NCBI GenBank assembly: GCA_013239625.1
Contig: MU056000.1
Location: 11,359,175-11,423,174, forward strand
DNA from: Lama guanicoe
Taxonomy: Eukaryota
Length of the DNA stretch: 64,000 bases
Reading direction: 5' to 3'
In this document: positions 23,977-37,167 of the stretch, one piece after another
How the letters are laid out: each line of letters opens with the position of its first letter
Numbering within the stretch: the stretch's first letter is position 1
Made by a program: the position numbers and the translations under genes
The notes under the pieces: model-generated
What the model was told of the DNA's origin: nothing
The model's input: the letters and a program-made list of their open reading frames with translations, nothing else
The model's database searches: none

Positions 23977-24986
23977 GGTTGAGTGAATGAATAAACCTTA
24001 GTTGGAACTTAGGAATGTAGCTTTAAAGAGTTGTTTTTAATCAACCAAACAGAATGCACAAATTTCCTCCAGCAGGGACCTTCCCTGACTAATGGAACAC
24101 CTTCTGAGATGTTTTTTTGACCTGTCACCCTGTTGGCTCAGGTCAGGAGGTAGGAGGTGCCTGAAAGTGAATAAGGAATCCTGGGTGGGCCAAAGAGTCA
24201 GAGTTCTGGGGCACCCTGGGGGTGTTCTTTGCCAAGGTTTAAGTTTAGATTTAGTCTCTGACCTGCCATGGTATGTTGGAAAGGCCAAAGAGAATTGGTG
24301 GTAGAAATCTTACAGTGCTGTCCAGAAGAGTGCCACTGTGGGGATAACTGGTCCATAGTGTTCACCAAATGATTTGTCAGCTGACCAGGAAACAATTTCA
24401 CTGGATCTGAGAAAGGATTAGAGACAAAGCAACCAATGCCACAAGGAGCCTGTCCATGTGAACCTGCCTGCCTCGCTTACTACTTGTCCGTTTCTCAGAA
24501 GTTTTCTCGGCTTGAGTTATTAGAATTTTTAATGACATGGCAAAAGTGAGGTATGAGAAAACATCAATATTAGTCATATACTCTTAATTTAATGGTGATT
24601 TATGACCTTCAGAAGCCTGGGCCACTGCCCGGGATTATTAGGTTTTTAATATGGCTTTCTTTATAGGGTTGCAGTAACCAACTAGTTAATAGTGAATTTT
24701 CATATTATTATTTAATAGTGACCTTAAATTAACCCTTCAAACTTCAGAGCCATCTTAAGCCTTTCTTTTAACCCTTGTCTTCTGTAGTAATTATCTTTGA
24801 CTTTTTTACTGCAGCTCATTGGTGACCTTTTTATTTGTGTGTTTGTTTATCTATTTGCTAAGCCATTTACCCCTGGAAAGTTGTAACTACAAAAATACTA
24901 CATTTATAGGCTTTAAAAAAATTTGTTTTCTTATACTTTTGGAAAGCTGGCAGCTGCTATTCAAGTCCATCTAAAATTCACATTTC

Positions 24987-25145
24987 GGGGAGGAGGGTAT
25001 AGCTCAGTGATGAAGCACATGCTTAGCATGCACCAGGTCATGGGTTCGATCCTCAGTACCTCCATGAAGTAAAAATAGTAATAAAAAATAAATAAAACTA
25101 ATTACCCCCCCCCAAAAACACACAATAAAATAAAATAAAATAAAA
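24987..25145 (+). mobile_element. tRNA-Ala-derived camelid SINE (vic-1 type) with TSD
   Basis: A box 'tagctcagtga', 'gcttagcatgcac', B box 'ggttcgatcc', (TAAAA)n tail; TSD taaaattcacatttc (24972-24986) / taaaatccacctttc (25146-25160). Confidence 0.9.
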
Positions 25146-25172
25146 TAAAATCCACCTTTCAAAACCGTCTCC

Positions 25173-25265
25173 GGGGGTGGGGAGTGTAGCTCAGTGGCAG
25201 AGTGTGATTTCTGTGTCCAGGGTCCTAGATTCAATCCCCAGTGCCTATGTTAAGAGGTTAAAAAG
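25173..25265 (+). mobile_element. Second tRNA-derived SINE head (older or shorter)
   Basis: 'gggagtgtagctcagtggcagagtg...ggtcctagattcaatccccagtgcct'. Confidence 0.8.
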
Positions 25266-25817
25266 TACTCAAGAAATAAATGGTTAAAATAGTACATTTT
25301 TCCACTTTTACATTTGTTTTCTAATGTTGGGAGTCACCCAAGTAACATATGGTAATGATTTAGGATTCTGAATCATATACAATTATTTTCATCTTAATAG
25401 CATTGGCTCTCATTGCTTTAAAATTCACCAGTTGGCATATAAGTTTGCCAGTCCAAACTCAGTCTGTATTTTCCTAGAAGCGCTCCCGAAAGTATGAATA
25501 TGAATTGTTATTCCACAGTCGGGCCATAACTTTGAAAAGTAGAGCATCAGATTTTACTTTTGAAATATTGCTGTTTTATTAGCGAATTAATAATACATGG
25601 CACTTGGATATTTCCTGTGTAAGGATCCCCAAAAGGGACTGCCCTCTTCTGTTAATATAATGTGATTATTCCAGTAATTTAAATTAAAACTGAAATTCAA
25701 ATCATTGGCATCTTGAAAAGTACTCAGAGAATTACAAGTGGGGTGGGCACTGAACAAAGGTACACCTGTGTAGCTTGTCTCTTGGTCACACCTCTCTCTG
25801 TTTAAAATCCTCCCCTG

Positions 25818-26059
25818 CAAGGCTGGATTAATCCTGAAGCCAACGAGGCTAACACTGTGGTGTCCCTACTTGGCTGGGCCCTTCCAAGGTCCTGGGAAAG
25901 ATCTAGAAATGGATTCATTTAGGCTTCAGAAAATTTTGCAGAAGGAAGGTGTTTTGCCATCATCAGGTGAGACTCCAGTCTCTTTTCTCTCCAACTTGAA
26001 AGAAGATGCCCCGCAAGCTGCGCAGAACTCAGGCCCCCCCAAACTGGGGTCCACCCCTG
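25818..26059. mobile_element. hAT-Tip100 (MER115/Zaphod-like) internally deleted element
   Basis: Left end 'caaggctggattaatcctgaagccaacgaggct...gggcccttccaaggtcctggga'; right end 'tcaggccccccaaactggggtccacccctg'. Confidence 0.65.
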
Positions 26060-26694
26060 TTCCCAAGATAGAGCTTGTTTTAATTACGTATCCCGGATTA
26101 GAAGGGAGGTTGAGGATTTTTTAAGCTATGTGTGTTCATCAAAGTCGCATGTTGGCCTTGGAGCGAGTTTTGGTCTCCATCAGCTATGCCCCAGGGGAGA
26201 ATGGGATGGTGAGGGAGGCCCCCTGGAGCCCAGCCAGGCCCCTCCCTCCTCTTCTCTCTTCCCTTGTGCTTTTAGGACAGACTTCCCTCCAGCCTTTTTG
26301 CCTGGAGACACAGACAGGAAGTTCTCTGTCCTGGCCTCTGGCTCATTCTCAGAATCTGAGGCCAAAAGATGAGACATGATGGTAACCTTAGCATGTGTTC
26401 CTCTAATAAAAGTACTGTGATTACAGCCATCACCGGAAGGCGCATGAGCTGCTGATGTTGGCTGCCATGGTGACGGGGGCATGGGGTTGTCACCCATCTT
26501 CCCACCCAGCCCTCGCCTGCCTGGCTAACTGGGTGCTACTTTGTTGGAGATGCTGAGGTGAAACAAGGGCAAGAGAGGGATTGTTACGAAGCAGGGAGAA
26601 GCTGTGCAGCTCCCCGTGTTTTCACCCTCGCCCGGGATGTCTGAGAGTCCAGGACTACATTTTCCATCCAGTCACCTGACTGTGCTGGGGAGAG

Positions 26695-26941
26695 GCACGC
26701 GGTGAAGCAGGAAGAAGGTTCTGGAGCCAGATGTCCTGACTTCAGATCCAGGCTCTGTTTCTTACTTGTTATGTCAGCAGACATCATAATTGCTTTGTAC
26801 CTCACTTTCCACATCAGCAAAATGGGGATATAAAGGGATACGTCGTGGGCCATGGTGAGGGTTAAATATGTAGTCATAAGACACACGGCACTGAGACTGA
26901 CACATGGGAAACACGTATCAAATGATGACAAATACTGTTAT
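26695..26941 (+). mobile_element. MIR SINE, near full length
   Basis: 'ggttctggagccagatgtcctg...tacctcactttccacatcagcaaaatggggat...gtgagggttaaat'. Confidence 0.85.
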
Positions 26942-27929
26942 CCTTGGTCCAGGTTTCCTGCCTCCATCATTCCTCTCCCTTACTTGTTTATTCTAGCACT
27001 ACTGGTTTCAGTGGTATAGCTAAGCTTTTTATTACAGTCATAGTGACTCATTTTTAAAAATAAGAAGGGCCTAAATGAAATAAAGCAGCATAAAGGATAC
27101 TGATTGGATTTCTTTAAAGAAGTATCCCTTGGAGTTAAACAAAGTGCATAACACTCTACTCCTGCGGAATGCAGGGTCCTTCAAAACCTGGGACCTCATT
27201 CAGTTTTTCTTGGAGAAGAACTTGAAGGTTTTTTTATGAAAAGTAACAAATTAGGAAACTGTATGTCATTATTCTGGCTTAAACACAGCTGGTGTCAGCC
27301 TATTCCTGGTTTCAGGATCTGAGGAATGATGGGCATGAGTCGGGGCAGGGAGATAGTAGTTTCTTCCTTCCTTATCCTGAGGGTAAGGCGAAACCAAGCA
27401 AAATTTCAGAATAGCCCAAGTCCGTCTTCCCTACCTAGCCACCTGCTTCTGCAGACTTTCTTCTTCTACCTTGTGGCTGTTGTGCCAGTTCCTTGCTCAC
27501 TACGGCCTGTCTCCAGTCAGGACATCATCTATGAGTCAGAATTGCCAATCTGCTCACTGCCCAACATCAAAAGTGAGTGCCCCTGGCTGACTGCTGTGAA
27601 TCACTCCTAGGAAGCAAACAAGCTGATTTAACTGGGGCCAACTCCACCATGATAAACTTCACTTTCCTGGCTGTATTTGCGTCTTAAGGTGATGTTTACT
27701 TACACACAAAAATTTTGTTGGAAAAAATTTTAGAAATGACAATATAAAAAATTGAACGTAGTCATTCTGGAAAATATGTAGGGATAGAGGAGGGAAAAGG
27801 TAGCCAGGGACAATCATCTTTGCTTGGATGTCTGCTCACCGAAGTCCCCACCTCTGGCTCCGCACCAGTGTCCTCTGAAGGCTCCAGGTTCACTGAGAGC
27901 CTGCTTTCCTCCTGTGTCCTAGCATCAGC

Positions 27930-28068
27930 CTCCACGAGGGGACATGGGGGGCACCCTTGTTTCCATCAAGTCTTAGTGGAAGAAGGAATACATCTTTATT
28001 GTTTGAACCACTTAGATACTGGGGCTATTTGTTACTGCAGCACAGCCTAGCTCATCTTGACTGACACA
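27930..28068 (+). mobile_element. Old MLT1 LTR 3' end
   Basis: 'tgtttgaaccacttagatactggggctatttgttactgcagcacagcctagctcatcttgactgacaca'. Confidence 0.7.
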
Positions 28069-28124
28069 CTGTTTGTATTATTTGAGGTTCCCCCTTTGGT
28101 CCCTGCTTCTGTCTCCCAGCAACC

Positions 28125-28455
28125 CGTCCAATCCATCAGATATCAAATGGGTGCCTATTTAGTCAAGGTTCTTTCCAGAGGCGTAAAAATCAAAGTTTAA
28201 AGTTTCTAAAGCCTTCAAAGAAATGTTGAGACGGACTCAGTAATGATAGCAGAGGGCAGAATGCTTCCAGTGCCAGCAATCAAAAGAGTCGTCAGTTTGA
28301 CTAAAGAGCCTTAAGATTCTTCTAACTTCGAGTGAAATAAAAAGCTTTGGAACCTCAAGGGAGATTGCATGTCAGTTGAACAGCTGAACCCTTCCTAGAG
28401 ATGGTGGCCTTTCAAACTGAAGGCTGCGGAGAATGTAGACAGGAGGGGATGTGAG
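28125..28455 (-). mobile_element. L2 fragment (degenerate)
   Basis: 'gggtgcctatttagtcaagg' and 'cttcctagagatggtggcctttcaaactg'. Confidence 0.45.
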
Positions 28456-28995
28456 TCAGAACATTCTCAGCAGTGGGGGTGTGAGAAAAAGGAGGAAAGG
28501 CAAAGGGCACGGGACACCTCACCATAGTCCAGATTCTGCATGTTCTGTGTGACACAGACTCGTCTGATACTGTCAACAGTACTAAGTAGTGTGATTCTTA
28601 TTTGGGGAAAACCTAGAACACGAGGCCACCCCAAGACACACTGACCCCACAGCCAGGGAGCTGGCCCAGGGGGCCCCACAGTGTGATTCAAGGAGCAACA
28701 GCCTCGGGTGGGACCTAGAGAATGGCTTGCTTTATAAATTTATTTTTTGCACACATGCTAAATTCCAGTTTGCTTTTCCAAATAAAGTGGTTTCTTTCTT
28801 TCAAAAAAAGAAAAAAAAAACAACAGACTCACAGAGTGTCAGCCTCCTTCCAGGGAAAATGATATCTGTGTTTTAATGGATTTTCTCTGGCCACGTACTC
28901 CAGGGAAACACCAAGAGGTTCTCCTGTCCCACACAGAACGTTTACAAAAGCTCCAATAGGCTGACATGCAGGCTGAGTCCAGAGGTCTGTTTTTC

Positions 28996-29638
28996 TTTTC
29001 TTTTTTTTTTTAACATTTTTTATTGATTCATAATCATTTTACAGTGTTGTGTCAAATTCCAGTGTTCAGCACAATTTTTCAGTCATGCATGGACATATAC
29101 ACACTCATTGTCACATTTTTTTCTCTGTGATTTATCATAACATTTTGTGTATATTTCCCTGTGCTATACAGTGTAATCTTGTTTATCTATTCTACAATTT
29201 TGAAACCCCAGTCTATCCCTTCCCACCCTCTACCCCCCTGGTAACCACAAGTCTGTATTCTCTGTCCATGAGTCTATTTCTGTCCTGTATTCATGCTTTG
29301 TTTTTGTTTGTTTGTTTGTTTTTGTTTTTTAGATTCCACATATGAGCGATCTCATATGGTATTTTTTTTTCTCTTTCTGGCTTACTTCACTTAGAATGAC
29401 ATTCTCTAGGAGCATCCATGTTGCTGCAAATGGCATTATGTTGTCGGTTTTTATGGCTGAGTAGTATTCCATTGTATAAATATACCACATCTTCTTTATC
29501 CAGTCACCTGTTGATGGACATTTAGGTTGTTTCCATGTTTTGGCTATTGTAAATAGTGCTGCTATGAACATTGGGGTGCAGGTGTCATCCTGAAGTAGAT
29601 TTCCTTCTGGGTACAAGCCCAGGAGTGGGATTCCTGGG
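28996..29638 (-). mobile_element. Young lineage-specific L1, 5'-truncated, with intact ORF2 C-terminus and perfect 16-bp TSD
   Basis: ORF 29329-29616 (CTPMFIAALFTIAKTWKQPKCPS...WYIYTMEYYSAIK) is the L1 ORF2 end; poly-T at the left; TSD cagaggtctgtttttc at 28980-28995 and 29639-29654. Confidence 0.97.
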
Positions 29639-32600
29639 CAGAGGTCTGTTTTTCAAGCCGTGTTCTCTGAAACTCATTCTAGGAAACACTGTTCCATCGC
29701 TACACCAGGCTCTCTCGTGGAGGCGGTGAGAACACTCCTCTTCATGGAAAGTGGTGTGAATTCTGAGGGGATGGGGGGGGATGTATCAGGATACGTGGGG
29801 CTGGGGACAGGGGTGCAGAGACCTGCATAACATCTTTCATTAGGAAAGAAGATAATGGCCATCTGTGTATACGCATGGAATCCTCAAGTTGAGACTCATC
29901 CTTTATAAACAGGAGGTGCGTGGCCCTTGCTCTTCTGTCACCCACCGTGTGGGACCTCTTCTCTTCTTTTCACCCCAATCCCTGGCCTTCAGCAGAAGTA
30001 AGCAGCTCTCAGTCTTAACACAGCCCTCCCTGCTCCACGGTTTACCGTATAAACTCTGTCCTCTAAGTACTCCAGGCCTTGATTAACGGCACCCACACAT
30101 CTTTTGCTCACTGGAAAGACCTAGGCCTTTCTTGTGAGTTTAAATCATTTTGACTTTCAGGACTGTTGCCTCTGCTATGAATTTCAAAAGCCTGTTTTGA
30201 GCTGCCCTTGTGTTACTTTTTCCCTGAGGCCAGTTCATAGAGGAAGCCCTCTCTGCCGCCTAAGTGTTGGGGAGAAGGATCACAGGAGCAAGCAACCTCA
30301 GAAAATTGCAGTCTCGTAATATCATATAATATGGTTTTGTTGCATCTTTATAAAGACTTTTTTTTACAAATCCTAGAAATTGCACTGCCTAGGGAATAAA
30401 TCAAGCAAGAAAATCATTTGTTCCGAAATAAGTATCAGTGGGTTACCCCTCTGTGCAAATTTGTATATTCAAAAGTAATGGAATTTTGAATGATTCTCAG
30501 AAACGTGATTTAAAAACACTTTGATTCCACATTGGGTCAAATGACCCTTCTTAATACAAAGCATTGAGAGTGACCATCTGGAGAATAACTAGTTCAATTA
30601 AGGAAGATTTTGCAAGTAGGACCAGGAAAGAGAATACAGACACTTGGGTGACACAAAACACTCTGAGTTTGTAGAAATTCTCTTGGTCCAAATGCGGAGA
30701 AGAACCAAGGCAGTAAGAGACCTCAGAGACCTGTATCCAGTACATTGTACGTCGGGTTGACTGAGTCAGAAATCAAAAGGACTCCTTACACGTGTGAGTT
30801 ACCTACTCTGCTTTGCTGTAATAAATCAGCTCCAGTATCTCCCCTCTGAATTTAATTTCGGCAAACATGGAGCAAGACTCCCAGTCTAAAACAATGGCCA
30901 CACGAATCAAGTCTTTCCAATCCTACCCATGGCTTTGTTGCCTGCTGTGTTGGACCAGATTTTGTCATCTGTCCCTTTGATGCACAGAGACCTATATTCA
31001 AGCTAAAAGAGGTTGTCCTGGAAGGAGCTTTGTGTATCTTCCCATCCAGGTCAGGAAGGACACCTTCGATCCATCACTTTTCCTGCCCTGCATCGGCTTC
31101 TCAGTGCTGTCTGAGAAGAAGTGTGTGAACAGTCTAAGGTTATCGTGATGTCATTAACTGCTTTGACATGAGTAATCATTTTTATTTGAAATACATATTT
31201 TGGTAACACTCTTTATAGGGATGACCTGGTTTCTACTCTTAGAAGATAACAGCCATGCTCTCTTGCATCAGAAATATCCATCTGCCATTTTCACTGTCTG
31301 GGTAATTTTATAATTATAAAATGGTAAACCGTAGAGCCATCTGTTAGTAAAACGTTATTATCTTCATTGTACTTACTAATCTATTTTCAGTTTCCAGGAA
31401 GACACTTACTAGGAGTTAAAAAAAATATCCAGAACTTGAAAATAAGGCCAAGCTAGGGTAGCATGTCACTTTGGTGCCACATAGAAAGACTGTTTAATAG
31501 ATTCACCCAAGGATTGTATACTTGATTAGGGAATGTAAATTTGTTTGACTCGCTAAGTACTGTTGACTAAAAGCCTAAGTTCTATGAAGTGATCTGTTAA
31601 AGTGTAGATTTTGGCCCAGTAGAGGTCAGATGTTTTCTGTCTTCAGAAAAGACCTCTTCTCTGTAGGGAATCAGCTATACATCTGATACAGAAATCATAT
31701 TACAAAATTATTTTTCCACTGCCTGTATATTCTCATTCTCTTTTGAATCTCTCTGTCTGGTTCCCTTATCCAAGCGTTAAAGAAAATGTTTACATTTGCT
31801 CACTCTACATTTATATGAAAGGCATGTTTTAAGGTTTTGAAAATTATACTTTGGCACAGGTAGTGCATAAAAATTTTTAGTAGGATCTTTGTCTTCCATG
31901 TAAGACACACACATAAAACAGATAAACGAATTGCTGCTCTGAGTCTGATGGCTGGAAGCACTCCAGACACCCCTAAATGCATGGCGCTCTGATTATAAAT
32001 CCGTGGTCTTAACTCTTCTCTTTCAAGAAATTCACATCATAGCTCGGCCACTAAGAAGCTGTGCGAACCTGTCTTAATCCTTCAAGACTCCCGTTTCCTC
32101 TTGTGCAGCGTGTATTTTATAGCCTTGAAGCTGAAAACCTGGCCTTCTGGAAGTATACAGATTACAGAAGTCCTCCTTTCTCAGTAAGATTTACATCATG
32201 CAAGCGGTATCTGCGAAGACATAAGTAGACAATAGAAAAATTAACAAATTCATTGGCTACCAATTTGCTTAGTCTTTAATTCCAGAAGCTAAATGTTAAT
32301 CACATTCCAAGAAGACATATTTCCAAGTAATGGAGCTGGGCTAGTCGTTGTAAAACTACAGTTTCATCTTTTAATGGTCACTTTTGCTTGGTAATCAAGT
32401 CATGAGTTATCAGGGATATACACCATTAGCTTCTTCCAAATGTAAATAGTTAGTAACATATGAATCATTGACCTGCCCTTGAGTAAATATTCTGATGTAA
32501 TGCTATAATGTTTAAGGAACTCAGCATTCATAAGCACTCGTGGCTAGATTTCCACTGAAGAAAGAAATGAAATGTCCTGTACTTCAATTCCAATTTCTTG

Positions 32601-32869
32601 TGGCATTTTCTACAGTACAGTTCCAGTGTAACATGCAAGAAGAAAATATAGGAAGAACATGGTCTAATAGTTAGACTTTGGATGAGAAAACAAAATCTGA
32701 TTTAGAATTATAATATGTAATTATGTATTGTTACACATAATTACAGTGTAGAAATATTAGAATCATGCACAGGAAGGACTAAAGGGCAGGCACAGTGATT
32801 TTAGGGAGAATGGGCATTTTACTTGACATATACTTTTTAGCTTCAGAAAACCCCCGAAGAGTGTGTATT

Positions 32870-32995
32870 GTTTTAAAATACAAGATATGGAGACCCAGAA
32901 AAAGAAAGTGACTTTCTGGAATTCACACAGTGTAGGAAATGATGGAGAGGGTGTTTGATGCAAGTCGATCTGCCTCCAAAGCCCATGATCTCTGA
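32870..32995 (-). mobile_element. MIR fragment
   Basis: 'gtgactttctggaattcacacag...tctgcctccaaagcccatgatct'. Confidence 0.6.
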
Positions 32996-33474
32996 TTACA
33001 ATACAAGAAAAGAACACTGAAAAGAGAGTTTCATCCTGCAGTAGAATCCTGTACATTATGTCACAGGACAAATCCTCTTCATGTACTTTTGCTTTGCATA
33101 TCAGATGCTGTCACTTCTGTCAGGACTTTCTTTTGAGTACATGCAGCCTTTTGAATTCTCAGATAACTGAAAAGAATAATCTTTTTTCACAGCACCCTGG
33201 GTAATTTTATGACCTGTGTAAAGCTAAAGAACTCTGGGCAGGATTTGGGGCACAAAAAGACCTTAATCCTTGCCCAAAGGTATTCATTTTTCACTTAACT
33301 TATTTGGGTTTTATGACTCCTACCCCTTCCCCAATAATGATCATTCACTCATTCAGTAGATACTCCATGCTGGGGACTGTCCTAGATGCTAAGGATATCA
33401 TGGTGATCAAAATCCAGATGGTCTTTGCCCCCATGGTCCTTTTATCTTACCATTGCACAATATTCTGCCAATTT

Positions 33475-34375
33475 AACTCATTCATTAATTCATTCATCAA
33501 GTGTGTATTACACACTTACTTTGTGCCAGAAATTGTTTTCAGAGATGCACCAATGAACAAAGTAACGATCCCTGCTCTTCTGGAACAAAGACAATATTCA
33601 ATAAACATGATAAATGAGAAATATAGTATTGTACTTTGGAAAGTGATAACTGCTATAGAGAAAAAAAGAAAAAGAAAAAATGGATCATGTGAAGAGAAAT
33701 TGGGAAGATCAAGGTGGTAGGCAAGGGAGCTGCAATTTTAAATAAGATGTTCTAGGTCAGCCCCACCAAGAAGGTGACATGTGAGCAAAGACCTGCATAC
33801 GGTATGGGAGTGCTGTAGACTGAACATTTATATCCCCCCATGTGTTAGAATTTTTACCCTTTGGGTGGTGATTAGGTCATGAGGGTGGAAAAAAAAGGAT
33901 CCCAGAGAACTCCCTAGCATCGTCCTTTATGTGAATTATGGTGAGAAGACGGCCATCTATGAACCAAGAACTGGGCTCCCCTAGACACAGAATGTGATGG
34001 TGCCTTGGTCTTGAACTTAGAACCTCCAGAACTATAAGAAATAAATTTCTATTATTTATAAGCCACCCAATCTATGGTATTTTCTTATAGCAGCCCAAAC
34101 AAACTAAGATAAGGAGTGAGCCATGTAGATATTTATGATGAGGGCATTCTAACAAAGGCAACGGGTCGTGCCAAGCTTCTAAGTGGGAGTTAAGCCTGGT
34201 ATATTCAAGGAATAGTGAGAAACCGTGTGCCTGAGCTATATGGAAAAGACGAAGAGTTGTAAGAACTGGGTTCTAGAGGAATGAGCAGCCAGATCATGTG
34301 ACATGTCCTCCCCTGGTTAGCCCAAGGCACCCTGCAAGTTTTGGAGCAGAGAGCCATGTGACCTGGCCTCTGTCA
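33475..34375 (-). mobile_element. L2a 3' region, interrupted by MLT1A
   Basis: 'ttcattaattcattcatcaagtgtgtatt...tttgtgccag', 'gaaggtgacatgtgagcaaagacctg'; resumes at 'tgagccatgtagatatt'. Confidence 0.85.
33811..34111 (+). mobile_element. MLT1A-type MaLR solo LTR
   Basis: 'tgctgtagactgaacatttat...cctccagaactataagaaataaatttct...tatagcagcccaaacaaactaagata'; 5-bp TSD gggag / aggag. Confidence 0.9.
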
Positions 34376-35697
34376 GCTTGGAGCCTCCTGTCAATCAAAC
34401 ACTATGGCTATCTACGTCCTATATTATGATGGAACCTTTGAGAGGAACTTTATGAGGAGAATTGGGATAAGTCAGCTGTCCACTGTATCTTCATCCTTTG
34501 TCGAGGCTGGTCCTCCTCTTGGACATCTTGTGAGTCCTTGGCTTCTTCTGCTACTTCACTTGTAAGAAGGTGCTGAGGCATTCAGACTTTGCAGGTTTGG
34601 GTCTCTCACTTGTGCTAACAGACAAATACCCAAACTATAACATAAATTGAAATACTGTGAATAACATTATTTTATAAAATTAGACAGTTGTTTCTTATTA
34701 GAAATTTATAGTTATTCCTTTCATAAAGAATCTTTTCATAAAGCAGTAAACACTCAATTTATCTTTAACTGCGTATGTTGGAAAAAATTTACTGTGACAC
34801 CTGTTCTTTCAAACTTCACAGGAGAAATTCTAGGGCATTTTTAAAAGATCTGAGACACATAGTTCTGCCCATATGTTGCTGACGTATCATCAAAAGGAAA
34901 AACAACCATAAATACACTTAATTTAAATTCAAAACAGCTAATCAGAGACCACAGTTAAGTTTAGTGACGATAAACTTGTTTTAACAAGACATTTATGTTT
35001 GGTTACAATTGACATTTAAGGCAAGCATGCTTAGATTGAATCCAGCAAAGGAGAATTGAGCCAAAATCTCAATAGAGCTGATTTAGACCACCCTCTGTAG
35101 AAAATCTATTACCTAATCGCTTCCCTTTTGGTTATTACTGTGACGCTGAGTAGTGTTAAGCTATTATAAGAGCTGAGGATGGCTACAAGTCAAGGTGGTC
35201 GAAGACCCAGAACACAAGGCATCTTCCTCGAAACTGACTTGGTAGGAAGTCAGGAATCTGAGGTCGGCATCTGACAGTGGCAGCTCTTAGGGCTGTGGAT
35301 TCCTGGATGCAGACTCCATCCTCGGTGGCTGTTTGTATCGCTCTGGGATCAGCAGTAGCTTTATCTTAAGAGAAAGTTTTGAAACTTAATCACTCAGTGC
35401 AAAGCAAAAGGAGGATAAATGGACAAGTGAGCTTTGTTTGGGAGCAAATACTAATGTCTCATGACGTTTCTAAGGCCATGAAGAAAAACAACTGTTCGTC
35501 CTGCGTGTTGGAGTGTGGGAAAGGCATATGGGTGCGCTTCACCTGCTGCAGCCCCAGACCGGCCCAGCCAGCGCACTCCCCACGTTAGGAAGTTAGGCAA
35601 GCCCACCATGAGTGGTTCCACTGAGACTGTCTTCAATGCTGAAATGTTTAAAAGCTGCAATATTTGTATCTTTACCTCAGTGTATGTCTGCTACCTT

Positions 35698-35912
35698 TGG
35701 CACTGATAACCCCAGCCCTTCTTGAAATGCTTTTTTCACCCCATGGTTTCTGGGTCTTTCTCTCCTCCCAGAGCCTAGACTGTCTTCTACTGACTTCTCT
35801 TCTCCCTCGACTACACATTTAAAATGTGCATCGTCCTTGGAGAGTCTTTCTGGACCCCCCTGTTTTTTCTCACACTACACTTTCTAATGCACATTTAAGA
35901 GTTTCAACTACT
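35698..35912 (+). mobile_element. L2 internal fragment
   Basis: 'cccttcttgaaatgcttttttc...tttttctcacactacactttct...gagtttcaacta'. Confidence 0.55.
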
Positions 35913-36520
35913 TAAAAATTAAGGATGAAAATTGAGTGGAAAATTATTTTGAACCCTGATGTTCCCCTTAAAGTCTATAGACAGAGATGACTCTTGTCTA
36001 TAGGTATGTTGACAACAGTAACTATTAGTAAATAATTATAATTACATATTTGTTTTTTCTTGTTTGTTTAAAACACATAGACCCCATGAATCTTATATAG
36101 CTATTTCCAGCATGCCCTTGATGAGCTGCTTTTACCCATAACTTCCTCATACATATCTTTTTTGCTTTCTTTGTTTTTCCTTCACCATGATTTTCTTACT
36201 TAAAAAAAAAACACTTGTTTTCCATGAGTACTGTATGCCTTGCTGTGCTACTCAGGGTTCCTCTGCTGTGAATCTTGGTTTTTTGTTGTTATTTTGAGAG
36301 GGGTTTAATTTGTTTTTTTTTTTTAATTGTCTCCTGTGTCCTACTGAGATTAGACTTGAGGAGATACCTTAGAATAAGTACAAAGCTTTTAAAAGCCCTC
36401 CTCATTAAAACCAATTTTTTAAAAAATTTTCCTAATTACACATTTCTTAAGGAAGCCAGTTCTCTTTTGTGGTGGGGGTGATATAAAACCCCAAAAGAAT
36501 CAGTGGGACTTATGTTAACT

Positions 36521-36790
36521 CATAGTTTCTCAAAATGTTTTTGCTAGACTATTTCTCTCTTAAATTATGCTATCAAAAATTACTCTGTTTTTAAATAATT
36601 TTGAAAATTCTGCATATCATTTCTACTTGTTAACTTTTGATAGATACTGATACATGAAGACTAAGAGAGAGCTTTCCTTAAGTTCTCTTTCCAAGCCTGA
36701 TACACTATAGACCCTTTTGTAAAATGACATTTGTTGTTATCTTCATCTCAGGGAACTAGTGTTCTTTGGAAGTCCCATCCGGCCCTGCTG
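36521..36790. mobile_element. hAT-Charlie MITE (MER103-like)
   Basis: 'catagtttctcaaaatg' start and 'ggaactagtgttctttggaa' near the end. Confidence 0.45.
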
Positions 36791-37115
36791 AAATCGTAGG
36801 AATTTGCTGAAGGGAGGTTTAGATGGACTGTGGACAGGAGGCTGCTTCTAAATGGAATGGACAGTGCGGGCGAATTAGTAGCTTCAGTGGGTTAACTAGT
36901 GAGAATAGTTTTTGTTGCCATAACTCTTGCAAATGATTTATGGCAAATGCATTGTTTAATGATGTAATTAATTAATGCAAAGAAAAATGCATTTTATAAA
37001 CAATTGTTTTTCAGTGAAACAAGTAAGATAATAATTATAGCCTCTTTAAGCTATCCCTTACTTTTCTACCAAAGATTTGAAAAGAAAACAAAAAGACTAT
37101 GAAAGTACCTCTACT

Positions 37116-37167
37116 TTTGACACAACATTGTAAAATGATTATAAATCAATAAAAAATGTTAAAAAAA
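37116..37167 (+). mobile_element. 52-bp young L1 3' terminus with perfect 14-bp TSD
   Basis: tttgacacaacattgtaaaatgattataaatcaataaaaaatgtt plus A tail; TSD aaagtacctctact at 37102-37115 and 37168-37181. Confidence 0.93.

Noticed and set aside
24991..25067. Functional tRNA-Ala(AGC) gene
   Set aside because: It has substitutions relative to tRNA, an A-rich SINE tail and a TSD; the same element recurs at 54199.
29329..29616. Host CDS
   Set aside because: It is the C-terminus of L1 ORF2 in a 5'-truncated copy with no promoter.
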